From a virus (Duplodnaviria > Caudoviricetes), in the IMG/VR virus record IMGVR_UViG_3300013110_000030, positions 1-36,097 of that record: a stretch of 36,097 nucleotides of DNA; one strand, given 5' to 3'. The notes under the pieces are model-generated. The model was not told the origin of the DNA, made no database searches, and worked only from the letters and a program-made list of their open reading frames with translations. Below are positions 26,719 through 35,873 of the stretch, piece by piece (position 1 is the first letter of the stretch; the number at the start of each line of letters is the position of its first letter). A program made the translations under genes and the position numbers.

Positions 26719-26749
26719 AAAAAAGGCCAGCCAGAAAAACTGACTGACC
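26719..26749 (-). terminator. intrinsic terminator after the capsid genes
   Basis: - strand GGTCAGTCAG-ttttt-CTGGCTGGCC-TTTTTT: 10 bp stem with two G-U pairs and a U tract. Confidence 0.85.
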
Positions 26750-26756
26750 CTTAAGG

Positions 26757-27119
26757 TTACGCTACAGTAACACCTGCTGGTGCAACTTTAAACTTAACTA
26801 CGATGTATCCTGCTGTACCACCTGTCTGAGTTAGTACACCAGTGTTAGCTGGGACAATACCTACAGGAGCTGCTTCAGTAGCACCGATAACATCGACACC
26901 ACCTACTGTCAGAGCAGTAACGTTACCAGTTACGAATGTCTCATCAACACCAATAACTTCCACATTACGTGGGAAAAGTACATCTAGGTTATCACCATCT
27001 AGGTTATAGGTGAACTCACCTTCATAACCTTCTGTCTTGTAAACACCTTGTGTACCACCTGAGTCACGAGAGCCGTAATGGTTGTTTACATTAAGGCCCG
27101 CTGAATCTTCATAGCTCAT
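26757..27119 (-). CDS. putative capsid decoration/structural protein
   Basis: 120 aa beta-rich; strong AGGAG RBS; between the capsid gene and the terminator. Confidence 0.65.
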   Translation of the reverse strand: MSYEDSAGLNVNNHYGSRDSGGTQGVYKTEGYEGEFTYNLDGDNLDVLFPRNVEVIGVDETFVTGNVTALTVGGVDVIGATEAAPVGIVPANTGVLTQTGGTAGYIVVKFKVAPAGVTVA

Positions 27120-27131
27120 TAAAATCTCCTA

Positions 27132-28088
27132 TTAAGCAATTGCAGTTGCGTTAGTTGGTAGACAAGCCATAGTATCTAAACGCTGGATACCAAGACCATA
27201 ACGAGCACGAACTACGAACTCATCACGAGCACGATCTTTGTTACGCTCACCTTCAGCTTTCGGCATACGACGCCATGCACCCATGATAGGCTTACATTGG
27301 TCGTCTAGGATACACATCGCTAGGTTACCAACACCACCAGTGATAGAAGTTGTGCCATCTGAGTAGTCAGCTACGTGCAAGCGGTTAGAAGTGATGATAT
27401 CGAAGCCATATAGATTCATAATGAATCGTTGACCACGTGCCATACCTTCTTCAAGAATACGCTTACCAAAATCAGTTACATCGTGAGTGATAGTTACTAA
27501 GCTATTAAGGGTAGCTTCAACTACAGGATCACAGATGAACACACGACCTGCATCAGGTACGTTAGCTTTGGTGAAAGATAGACGTGCTTGGACAAGCTGA
27601 GCTAGTTCAAATACGTTGCTAGTTGCCGTTGATGGAATCAAGTGAGGCTGACTGTTGATTAGGTTAGGAGAACCTGCACCTGCACCACCAGTTGCGTAAT
27701 ATACTGCACCAGTCTTCAAGAAGTCTGACTCGAAAGTCTCTTGAATAGCACGAGTAGATTCTGCGGAGCGTTCTGCCATTAGACGGTCAATGTCTGTACC
27801 ATCTTCACGTAGATCATCAGTTACATACCAAGCATCACCTTTATATTCAGTGATTTGGAAAGTAATCTCACCAGTTTCAATTGGGTTATAAGTTAGTGGA
27901 GTATCTTCCGCAGCTTCTTGCAGAGTTACTGTACCAACAGTTTTAATATGTAGGGTATCACCAGAACCGAAGTCTTTAACATCACGGTAGAAGGTGCCCG
28001 GTAGTAAACCATCATGTAGGTTTAATAGAATGAAGCTTGAGTATTGCTCGGCTTCAATAAACGCACGAGTATTACTAGTTAATTGCAT
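27132..28088 (-). CDS. major capsid protein
   Basis: 318 aa; GDTLHIKTVG, NVPDAGRVFICDP, RARYGLG; follows the scaffold. Confidence 0.9.
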   Translation of the reverse strand: MQLTSNTRAFIEAEQYSSFILLNLHDGLLPGTFYRDVKDFGSGDTLHIKTVGTVTLQEAAEDTPLTYNPIETGEITFQITEYKGDAWYVTDDLREDGTDIDRLMAERSAESTRAIQETFESDFLKTGAVYYATGGAGAGSPNLINSQPHLIPSTATSNVFELAQLVQARLSFTKANVPDAGRVFICDPVVEATLNSLVTITHDVTDFGKRILEEGMARGQRFIMNLYGFDIITSNRLHVADYSDGTTSITGGVGNLAMCILDDQCKPIMGAWRRMPKAEGERNKDRARDEFVVRARYGLGIQRLDTMACLPTNATAIA

Positions 28089-28095
28089 GTTTTAC

Positions 28096-28854
28096 CTATT
28101 GGACTACACCATACTTACGATGAATTTCTTCTTTAATCTGAAGCATATAATCCTTTTGATCCTTTCCTGTGGCTCCAGCTAGCAGAGACTTCTCAGGGGG
28201 TTGTAAGGGCTCAGGTTCACCTTGGTTAGAAGGTTGAATATTAATGCTACCAGTCGAAGGTTTAACGCTTGTGTTGGTGCTTGAATTAAATAAGGCCAGA
28301 ACCATATCAGGATTCGTAGCCGCCATTTGCTCTAGTTGTTGAGGAGTTGTATTGAGGGACTTAGCCTTCTCATTTACTACCTCACCAGCTTTTTCACCAA
28401 ACTTAGCAATCAATTCAGAATTCACTTTAGTTTTATTAGTGACTTCTACTTGCTGTTGTTGGTTTTGTACAAAAGTATTTTGTACGATCTGTGTTACCTG
28501 TTCTTCTGTAAGGCCTGAAGGTACCTGAGAGGTTAACTGAGGTTCCTGTGAAGGCTGCTGAGGAGCAGCTAACCGAGATACGACTTCTTCGACTGATTCG
28601 CGTTGGTCTAACTGTGCTTTAAGCCTATTAATCTCCGCCTCTTGAGTGGATACCTGATCCTTTAATTGCGGAATGTAGCTTTGTGCATTAGATAAGCCTT
28701 CTAGTGCTTTCTCGATGGTGTCGTATTTCTGTTTGCCTTCTTCATTCTTAATCCCTGATAGCTGGTCTGCAAATGGGCTAGATTGAGCTGGCTGTTGCTG
28801 GGCTGGTTGGCCCGAATTATCATCTGGATTACCAAACACTGACTGGTCTGTCAT
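28096..28854 (-). CDS. capsid scaffolding protein
   Basis: Q/P/E-rich coiled coil, QKYDTIEKALEGLSNAQSYI; between portal and capsid. Confidence 0.8.
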   Translation of the reverse strand: MTDQSVFGNPDDNSGQPAQQQPAQSSPFADQLSGIKNEEGKQKYDTIEKALEGLSNAQSYIPQLKDQVSTQEAEINRLKAQLDQRESVEEVVSRLAAPQQPSQEPQLTSQVPSGLTEEQVTQIVQNTFVQNQQQQVEVTNKTKVNSELIAKFGEKAGEVVNEKAKSLNTTPQQLEQMAATNPDMVLALFNSSTNTSVKPSTGSINIQPSNQGEPEPLQPPEKSLLAGATGKDQKDYMLQIKEEIHRKYGVVQ

Positions 28855-28967
28855 GTATTCTTCCTATATTCTTATATACTATAGTAGTTATACTTACTCC
28901 AGTCGTTAATCACTTCGACTTCGTCTTTACTATAACTACGTTATTTCTTATTAACTCTTTACGTAAG

Positions 28968-28997
28968 TAATATATACTTTTTAAGGACTTTAGTCCC
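28968..28997 (-). promoter_or_regulatory. candidate phage-sigma late promoter GGGACT-N16-ATATATTA
   Basis: same boxes and spacing as 11417-11446; points into the scaffold-capsid operon. Confidence 0.7.
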
Positions 28998-29002
28998 CTA
29001 AA

Positions 29003-29242
29003 TTATTTAATTAATTCTATAATCTCGTGCATCGCACGTTCATAGCCTCTCTGATCCGCCTGAACTAAGGCCCAATTAGGGTTTTCATAGGCGTTCTTAG
29101 AACGATTAGCTGCATTAGACGCATCAATTTTCTTACTTAGTAACTCGCTTAGGCGTTGTCGAAGGAGGAGGGAGGTGATAAACACTCCCCTCATATCCTT
29201 CTCAGCCTGTGGATCTAAATCATTAATCCAAGACTTTTTCAT
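29003..29242 (-). CDS. small hypothetical protein after the portal
   Basis: 79 aa; YENPNWALVQAD.RGYERA; TAATG coupling to the portal. Confidence 0.75.
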   Translation of the reverse strand: MKKSWINDLDPQAEKDMRGVFITSLLLRQRLSELLSKKIDASNAANRSKNAYENPNWALVQADQRGYERAMHEIIELIK

Positions 29243-30999
29243 TATGTAGGAATATCTCCAATATCTACAGATTGTTCTACAGCTAAGTCCTCTTGTGCGG
29301 CATTAACTGCTGATTGCGTCTGTTGTTGTTCTTCTACAGCAATGTTAGGCTTGAAGATCTCATAACCCTTAAGGTTAGTAACATCATCTACAAACTTAGT
29401 TAATGCTAATGCGCTGGTATGCGGTGCAATCATTTGACCTATTGGTGAATTGAAGATACCAATGACGTTCTGGAGGTCTTGAGCTTGCTGTCCGAAGTGT
29501 CTAGCACCTACTGGGCGTAACTTACCATTAGCTGTAATATCTTCCTTAGTGACCGTTACAAACTGTTCTACGCCTAGTGAGTTATCCATAACACGGATTA
29601 CATCAGTACCTTCCATGTTACGCTTAGCTACCTCTAGCATAGAGTTCATAGTAGGTTCTAGTAGTTCAATCTCGAAGTGGGTGATCTTCTCTTGGAAAAT
29701 ACGACCTGCTGCATTCTGTAATTGACCTACCTCAAAGGCTGTCTTCTCACCGGGAGTACGGATACCCATAGCTTCCCTTGGTGCGCCTGCCATAAGTTCC
29801 ATCTTATCTTCAATAATCTGGATGTCTTGTGTGGCTGCTATAACGCCCTGTAAGCTCTTAGTTACTTCAGATACACTACCAGCTTCATCAATCTGGATTG
29901 TCTCTCCAGGGCCGTATGAGAACTCCTCAACCTCACCTGCAACTACAAGTGGTGGGTGTACAAGAAGATCCATAGCATCAGCTTTAAGATTCTCTAGATG
30001 ATCAATACGATATTGCATACCAACTAGATTATCTAGAGGGCCCATAGACCATAGATTATCTGGACGAGAACGCCAACCTACATGATAGATAGGAGCACCC
30101 CCAGTCCAACTAGGAATCTGTTCATCGCGTACAATAAGGGAACGATCAGCAATAGTTAGGATGCGGTTGGTGTGTAACTCACCTGTAGATTGATTATGAT
30201 AGTCCCCATAGAACTCTAGAATTTCAACAAAGTCAGATTGGTAGTATTCATGCATATTACCAAATCCGTCCACAGAATAGCCTGTAGCCTTATCAAAGTC
30301 TTCTACTGTGTAACCACCTACGTTGTTACGGAAGTTCTCCCTACGCTCTACTACAGGGCCCCAGAAGGCTTGATCTGGATTAGTTTGAGCCAGCTTCTTA
30401 AGTTCACCTATGGTTTTAACAGAACGTATAATCTTAAAGCTATCTTGGAAGCTGGTTGCTAGTGGGTTGAATACCACATCTAAAGGACTGATACGTACAG
30501 GAACTGGACCAACATAATCTGGGATTAGTTCACCATCTTCAGTCTCTTTGTAATTAGCTTCAAAATCAACTGTACAGAACGCATTACCATAGTCAATATA
30601 GTCATATACCAATTTAGAGAACTCAGTACGTACACGTCCTTCACGAGCCTTATTGCTCATGTAAGTCTGTATTGCGTCCCTCTTAGCACGTACACTATCT
30701 TCTTGGGAATAACCCATCCAACGCAACCAGTTATCATTAGGGAATAATGAACTGATGTAGTTAGAGTGTAAGTTATCCCTAATCTGACATAGTTTAGGTG
30801 TAGTGGTTGTATTCTTCCACGGCAGTGTCTGGTTAGTTGTAGTAGTGGTATCTGTAGCGAATACGTAGTCACGTAGTTCTAGCCACTCCTGCACCTTACC
30901 CTGACGTTGCCTATTAAACTTGTCCCATAGGTATGTAACCCATTGGCTTTGATCATCCTGTTGAAGCAGGCTTGTTAACTCGGCTACCTTGTCCGACAT
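29242..30999 (-). CDS. portal protein
   Basis: 585 aa directly after terL; DYGNAF, RISPLDVVFNP, GIRTPGEKTAFEV. Confidence 0.9.
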   Translation of the reverse strand: MSDKVAELTSLLQQDDQSQWVTYLWDKFNRQRQGKVQEWLELRDYVFATDTTTTTNQTLPWKNTTTTPKLCQIRDNLHSNYISSLFPNDNWLRWMGYSQEDSVRAKRDAIQTYMSNKAREGRVRTEFSKLVYDYIDYGNAFCTVDFEANYKETEDGELIPDYVGPVPVRISPLDVVFNPLATSFQDSFKIIRSVKTIGELKKLAQTNPDQAFWGPVVERRENFRNNVGGYTVEDFDKATGYSVDGFGNMHEYYQSDFVEILEFYGDYHNQSTGELHTNRILTIADRSLIVRDEQIPSWTGGAPIYHVGWRSRPDNLWSMGPLDNLVGMQYRIDHLENLKADAMDLLVHPPLVVAGEVEEFSYGPGETIQIDEAGSVSEVTKSLQGVIAATQDIQIIEDKMELMAGAPREAMGIRTPGEKTAFEVGQLQNAAGRIFQEKITHFEIELLEPTMNSMLEVAKRNMEGTDVIRVMDNSLGVEQFVTVTKEDITANGKLRPVGARHFGQQAQDLQNVIGIFNSPIGQMIAPHTSALALTKFVDDVTNLKGYEIFKPNIAVEEQQQTQSAVNAAQEDLAVEQSVDIGDIPT

Positions 31000-32603
31000 T
31001 AAAATCTTCCTCCAAACCTACTCTTAGGTTTATCATTCATAAAAAAGTCCTTCATAGCAGTTCCCATACTCTTAGCAGGGGGAACGGCAATTTCAACTGC
31101 TGATGCTAGAGCATCCTTACAGTCATCGTGTGCAGGACGAGCTTTTATTAACTCTTCCTCAAGAACATTAGTCCAACCACCTTCTTGGTGCCACACTTCT
31201 AAGTTATCATATCTGTGCTCTAATGCAGCCGCAATACGTTCTCCCTTAGTACCTTCAGCTCTAGAGGGCCTGAACTCATCCACAGACAGCCTCAAACCAT
31301 CCTTACGGACATAATCTTTAATTGCATTAACAATTACCTTCTGGGCTACTGTCACCTCAGCACGGAGCTTAGAGAAGACCCATTTGGAATGTAATGTTTT
31401 GATATGCTTAAAGTATTCCAAGGTTTTATCAGATTTGAATCTATCAATATCTAATACATAAACGTTATTGTCACAGTCAACACCAATAACAACAATAGCT
31501 GTATAGTCAGCAGCTTTACTTAAACTAAATGCAAAGTCTACTGCGGCGTATATGTTAAGCTTACGTCCAGAATAAAACCACTTACTTCCCTCTTTCCTGA
31601 GCTTTCGTACATCATAATACTGGAACTTGTCCCTACTGATGCGGTCAGAGGATGGATCGTTAGGGTCGTTGTAGTATTGCGCAAAGAACTGCACCCTGTC
31701 AGAATACTCAGCCCCAATACGAGCCAATACTTGTAGATCGAAGCCATAAGCTTTACCATCATCCCTTACAACACGAGGCCAGATGAAAATATTATCTGTC
31801 TCAACTTTAAATTCCTTAATGTCCCATACATTAGCTTGGTCTACTTTAACTCCATCTGAGTTATACACATCATAGATTTGATTTCTCCATGTATCGTATA
31901 TATCAGTTGGGTGATAGCGTGTACCACAAGCCATTGTAAAACCACCAGCATTCCTGATCGAAGTGAACTGTGAGGCCTTCTTGCTAACTGACTCACGTCC
32001 ATCTTCTGTATAAGCATTCTCAGGAACCACTAAGTCATCCGCCAATATAATATCTGCGTGCCAACCTGTGGTGTTAGTTGTTAAGCCTGCTGTAGCGATA
32101 GTGGGGTCACGAGTACCTTCCTCAGAACGTTTAACATGATCTACACTAATCTTAGTGGAAGACCATTTCTCACGCTTACCTTCTTGAGGGTGTATATACT
32201 CAGGGAAGTATCTACGATAGACAGTACTACCTAAGATATTCTTAATAGCGTAAAGCTGAGTAATAGCTAGTTCTGCTGTTGCAGAGACATAAAGCATTGT
32301 TACTTCTGGGTGTCTTGTTACAATCCAAGCACACCATGTAGCTACCATGTGACTCTTTAGATGAGCACGTGGTAACATTATTAGTTTGTTAGAGGTTAGT
32401 GACTCACCTTGCCCATAAAGAGAATAGTCCTGCATCCACCGGAATATCTCCTCATGTACTTTTCCGTACATATAACCGGGGTTTACCAGACGGGCAAAGA
32501 GGAACAAGTCCTCCTTAGCCGCCTCTCTAATCTCTCTAGCCTTTGCAGGCATAATCTTGAGCTTGTGATTGGCTTCCTCTAACCAATCATCTTGATCAGA
32601 CAT
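30999..32603 (-). CDS. terL: terminase large subunit
   Basis: Walker A-like PRAHLKS, Walker B IILADD, GTRYH coupling motif, nuclease AVDFA...DYTA...HDD. Confidence 0.95.
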   Translation of the reverse strand: MSDQDDWLEEANHKLKIMPAKAREIREAAKEDLFLFARLVNPGYMYGKVHEEIFRWMQDYSLYGQGESLTSNKLIMLPRAHLKSHMVATWCAWIVTRHPEVTMLYVSATAELAITQLYAIKNILGSTVYRRYFPEYIHPQEGKREKWSSTKISVDHVKRSEEGTRDPTIATAGLTTNTTGWHADIILADDLVVPENAYTEDGRESVSKKASQFTSIRNAGGFTMACGTRYHPTDIYDTWRNQIYDVYNSDGVKVDQANVWDIKEFKVETDNIFIWPRVVRDDGKAYGFDLQVLARIGAEYSDRVQFFAQYYNDPNDPSSDRISRDKFQYYDVRKLRKEGSKWFYSGRKLNIYAAVDFAFSLSKAADYTAIVVIGVDCDNNVYVLDIDRFKSDKTLEYFKHIKTLHSKWVFSKLRAEVTVAQKVIVNAIKDYVRKDGLRLSVDEFRPSRAEGTKGERIAAALEHRYDNLEVWHQEGGWTNVLEEELIKARPAHDDCKDALASAVEIAVPPAKSMGTAMKDFFMNDKPKSRFGGRF

Positions 32604-32907
32604 TTATAACCTTTAATCTAGCCTCTGCTCGCTTAACTAGGACATCCTGTGGGACAGGCTCCCCTGTCTCAACATTACGTGTTACGTACCAGTCCGTAGA
32701 GGATAAGTAAGATCTTGCCTCTAGGTTAGTTTGTTCACGTAATTCTTGTGCTTTATAAGCGTCTTTTTCAGATTGTGGCAAATACTCAACCTCGCACCCT
32801 TCTTCAATTAAAGAGGTGTACTGCTCGCCGTCTTTTTCAAATGGTGCGCTAGAGGTATTTCCTTCATGCCAACGCCAACCGTCAAAGTGTTCAATTAGTT
32901 TTTTCAT
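32596..32907 (-). CDS. tail fibre assembly/chaperone-like protein (cassette 2)
   Basis: follows the fibre gene by TAATG coupling; ARSYLSSTDWYVTR.VETG.PVP motif; paralogous to 34066..34392. Confidence 0.65.
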   Translation of the reverse strand: MKKLIEHFDGWRWHEGNTSSAPFEKDGEQYTSLIEEGCEVEYLPQSEKDAYKAQELREQTNLEARSYLSSTDWYVTRNVETGEPVPQDVLVKRAEARLKVINV

Positions 32908-33581
32908 TAGAAGTTCACCTCTATCTCTCCATCAATAGACTCGTTTCTCAGCTCGTAGGTTGTTCCAATGGAAAGCCCAGACAAATTTGCTACAAGGATA
33001 TTTGCATATCTTGTTGATGCTGCCGTTCCTAGAGATATATCAGAGGCAGGTATACCTGTCTTTATTATTGATCCGGAAGTGGTTCTTAATGAAAATGTTC
33101 CAGTGACACTAATTGAAGACGGAAGTGATAAGCTCATTATTGGTAGATATATAATACCAAGTGTTGCGCTAACAGCACTACCAACCCCTAATATCCTAAT
33201 AGTGGAGCCACCCCCTCCAAACACATTAGGACTTAAATTAGCCCCTGTATATAGTTCATGCCAAGGCTGGACCACACCGGCTTCTATGGTTCTCCCAAAG
33301 AATCTTTCATTTCTACCTACAAAGGCTGACTGTGTGGTGCCAGATTTTACATTTACACCAAGGACACTGGTTCCACCTATAGGAGAATTTAAGCTTGACT
33401 CAGCCAATATACTAGCTGTAGGTGCATTCCAATCAACAGCTACACCATCCCCACCAAGGCCATGACCACCGTTGATTACTACTCTGCCTACAGTGACATC
33501 TGTAGTACTAGTCTGCACATCCGCAGAGGCTGCTGTTCCTACATCATTAACTAATTCACCTGTATCTCTTGCTTGTGTCAT
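32907..33581 (-). CDS. secondary short tail fibre / receptor-binding protein
   Basis: shares GTAA.ADVQTS.TD.T.G and YTGANL.PNVFGG with the C-terminal half of 34392..35858; lacks the N-terminal anchor. Confidence 0.75.
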   Translation of the reverse strand: MTQARDTGELVNDVGTAASADVQTSTTDVTVGRVVINGGHGLGGDGVAVDWNAPTASILAESSLNSPIGGTSVLGVNVKSGTTQSAFVGRNERFFGRTIEAGVVQPWHELYTGANLSPNVFGGGGSTIRILGVGSAVSATLGIIYLPIMSLSLPSSISVTGTFSLRTTSGSIIKTGIPASDISLGTAASTRYANILVANLSGLSIGTTYELRNESIDGEIEVNF

Positions 33582-34069
33582 TGTAATAACCTCGCACTAT
33601 CTTCTTCAAATTCTGCATTAATCTGTTCTTTAATGCGCTGTTCTTTCTTAGCTTCTTGTTTGTTAGGCCTACCAGCAGCTTTCTTATCCCAGCCCCTATC
33701 AGCTAACCATTTAGAAGCTTGGAAGCTACCACCCTCTACAGATTGATCAATCATGTCCTTAACAGCTTGTGACCTAATCTTAAGTTCAAGCTCTTCACGC
33801 CATTGTTCAATCTCTACTAGTAAAGCTCTATTCTCTGTGATCTTCTTCCAATGTTGCCAACCTAGTAAATACTTAGTTGCAAAATCATATTCAGTTGGAT
33901 CTTCATGTTGAATGTAGAGCTTCTTCAGGGAAGGATAAACTTTACCTTTATACTCATAATCATCTTCCTTAAGGGTGAATACAGAGAAGTCTGTATAACC
34001 CTTTTCAAGGAATAATGACTGAGTAAGAGGTCTTCCCCTATTGTCCAACATCTTACTCTTATCTATCAT
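33578..34069 (-). CDS. putative terminase small subunit
   Basis: 163 aa helical; YPSLKKLY...DPTEYDFA...WREELELK...ASKWLADRGW; size and location near terL; assignment from recall of related phages. Confidence 0.55.
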   Translation of the reverse strand: MIDKSKMLDNRGRPLTQSLFLEKGYTDFSVFTLKEDDYEYKGKVYPSLKKLYIQHEDPTEYDFATKYLLGWQHWKKITENRALLVEIEQWREELELKIRSQAVKDMIDQSVEGGSFQASKWLADRGWDKKAAGRPNKQEAKKEQRIKEQINAEFEEDSARLLQ

Positions 34070-34392
34070 AATTGTTTACGTAGCTCCGCTATTTCATTCT
34101 CTAAGTCTTGTAGGAACTTAATGGCCTCAACATTACCTAAAGCAGCTTCACGTAATTTACGTGGAGTTTGTTTATATTCTAAAGATGTGATTTGTATAAT
34201 TACAGATTCACGATTTTGTTGAGCTTGATATTCATCTTTTTCGGCTTGTGGTAGATACTCAACTTCACAACCTTCTTCAATTAACTCACTCCATTGGTCT
34301 GAGTCTTTTTCGAAAGGTGCGCTTTTTATCAATTTACCATCTTCTTTAAACTCTAAATGAAAAAAACCGTTTTTACGTTCAATCAATTTCAT
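34066..34392 (-). CDS. tail fibre assembly/chaperone-like protein (cassette 1)
   Basis: ATG 34392 coupled by TAATG to the fibre stop; SAPFEKD...LIEEGCEVEYLPQ shared with 32596..32907. Confidence 0.65.
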   Translation of the reverse strand: MKLIERKNGFFHLEFKEDGKLIKSAPFEKDSDQWSELIEEGCEVEYLPQAEKDEYQAQQNRESVIIQITSLEYKQTPRKLREAALGNVEAIKFLQDLENEIAELRKQL

Positions 34393-35858
34393 TAAACCAG
34401 CTCCCATGTTGCGCCTGATGTTGTTGGTACTGCGTAATAAGGTCTATCCTGCAACACACCTGTAAGACCGGTAACCTCCAATAAAACAAACTTATTATTA
34501 GCAGTAATAATGTTTAGTGATGGAACTGAAAAGCTGCCTACACTCACAAAAAAATTATCCACTATGTTTATAGTTCCCGTCCCAAGACTTAATGACGGAC
34601 TATTCTTATTCAGTGAATGAGGGCACTTCAACCATACCGAGGTGGCTGATCTAGGTATGGCTTCACAAGCTGGAACGCTAGCAACCCCCCCGAACACATT
34701 AGGGTTTAAGTTAGCCCCAGTGTAGACAGGTTGCCAGTCTGACCAAGTATTGTCAAAGTACCTTGTATATACAGCCCCTGCCATGGAGCCTGCAATACCT
34801 AAAGCAACCTGTGAAACATTCCCTGAACTATATTCAATAACTTCTATGGTGAAGAACGTGCCCGTATCAGGACTGTTGGAAGCGACATCATTAGCACGCC
34901 ATTTACCCCCTGTGGATGCGTCATTAAAGTCTGAAACTATGGGGGCTTGATCACCATTACCCCACGAACCATTAGCCAGTAAGGCACCTGCCGTAGCATC
35001 TGTAGGACTGGTTTGTACATCAGCATATGCAGCAGTACCTAAATCAGCATTAGTAGGAACTTCTGTTGGGGCTGTACCTAAGTCAGCAAAAGCTGCTGTA
35101 CCAAAGTCAGCAAACTCAACTGAGTTAAACGCTACAAAGGTTACATAGTCATCCGCATCAGTAACTGGTGTAGTTAAGACAACTTGTGTCCCAGAAGACG
35201 CATCATAATCTACACCAATAACTAGCCTAGCACCATTATAGAATGCTTCTACAAAGTTAGGGTCATAGGTGAATGCAAAGGTGTCTTGACCTGCTACGTT
35301 AGTGAAGGTTGCTTCTTCCTTCAAACCATTTACCGAACTACTAGCATTAATCCAAGTCATACTACCGGCATCATAAACTTTCATCAACGCATCAGTAGTA
35401 TTGAAATAGAGGTCACCGGCTGTAGCTGGATTACCTACCGGACTCAATGCCGGTTCTGTTGCATAAGCTCCCCAGTACTGGTCTTGGAACTCATCCAGTG
35501 TATTGGACGCATTGGTTTCACTAACCGCAGCATCGGAAGCTGATTGTGCCGCATTAGTCTCACTAACTTGGGCAGCATCTCTTGCGGCTTCTGCTTCAGC
35601 CACTAGGTTTTGTAGAGTTACTTCATAGTCAGTACCACCTACTGTAATCTTACTAACAAAATTACCTTCGTTGGCATTTAGTTGATTGATGTTGATGATG
35701 TTATTATCATCCATATCAATACTCTGTCGGAGGATGTTATTACCTCCTTCTAGATGTAGTATGTCGTTATTCACTACATCCTCTAATATTGTGAAATTGT
35801 TATTGATTATACTTCTATCATAACCACTACCAATATCACCTAATACAATGTCGGTCAT
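34392..35858 (-). CDS. primary tail fibre protein
   Basis: N-terminal anchor-like region (SGY...INNNF...IDMDDNNIIN), Ala-rich SETNA repeats, GDLYFNTT, GTAA repeats, knob-like VYTRY...WSDW. Confidence 0.85.
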   Translation of the reverse strand: MTDIVLGDIGSGYDRSIINNNFTILEDVVNNDILHLEGGNNILRQSIDMDDNNIININQLNANEGNFVSKITVGGTDYEVTLQNLVAEAEAARDAAQVSETNAAQSASDAAVSETNASNTLDEFQDQYWGAYATEPALSPVGNPATAGDLYFNTTDALMKVYDAGSMTWINASSSVNGLKEEATFTNVAGQDTFAFTYDPNFVEAFYNGARLVIGVDYDASSGTQVVLTTPVTDADDYVTFVAFNSVEFADFGTAAFADLGTAPTEVPTNADLGTAAYADVQTSPTDATAGALLANGSWGNGDQAPIVSDFNDASTGGKWRANDVASNSPDTGTFFTIEVIEYSSGNVSQVALGIAGSMAGAVYTRYFDNTWSDWQPVYTGANLNPNVFGGVASVPACEAIPRSATSVWLKCPHSLNKNSPSLSLGTGTINIVDNFFVSVGSFSVPSLNIITANNKFVLLEVTGLTGVLQDRPYYAVPTTSGATWELV

Positions 35859-35873
35859 TATATTCCCTTCTTG

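Noticed and set aside
26757-28088. Capsid and decoration genes are in the same frame (possible readthrough fusion)
   Set aside because: Two consecutive stops (TAA TAG) and a strong AGGAG RBS for the downstream gene.
32968-33465. 165 aa + strand ORF antisense to fibre2
   Set aside because: A shadow ORF of a Gly/Ser/Thr-rich gene with no recognisable motif, running against the polarity of the whole arm.
32596-35858. Diversity-generating retroelement or invertase shufflon as the cause of the fibre duplication
   Set aside because: No reverse transcriptase or recombinase in the window, the copies are direct rather than inverted, and the differences are mostly synonymous rather than adenine-specific.
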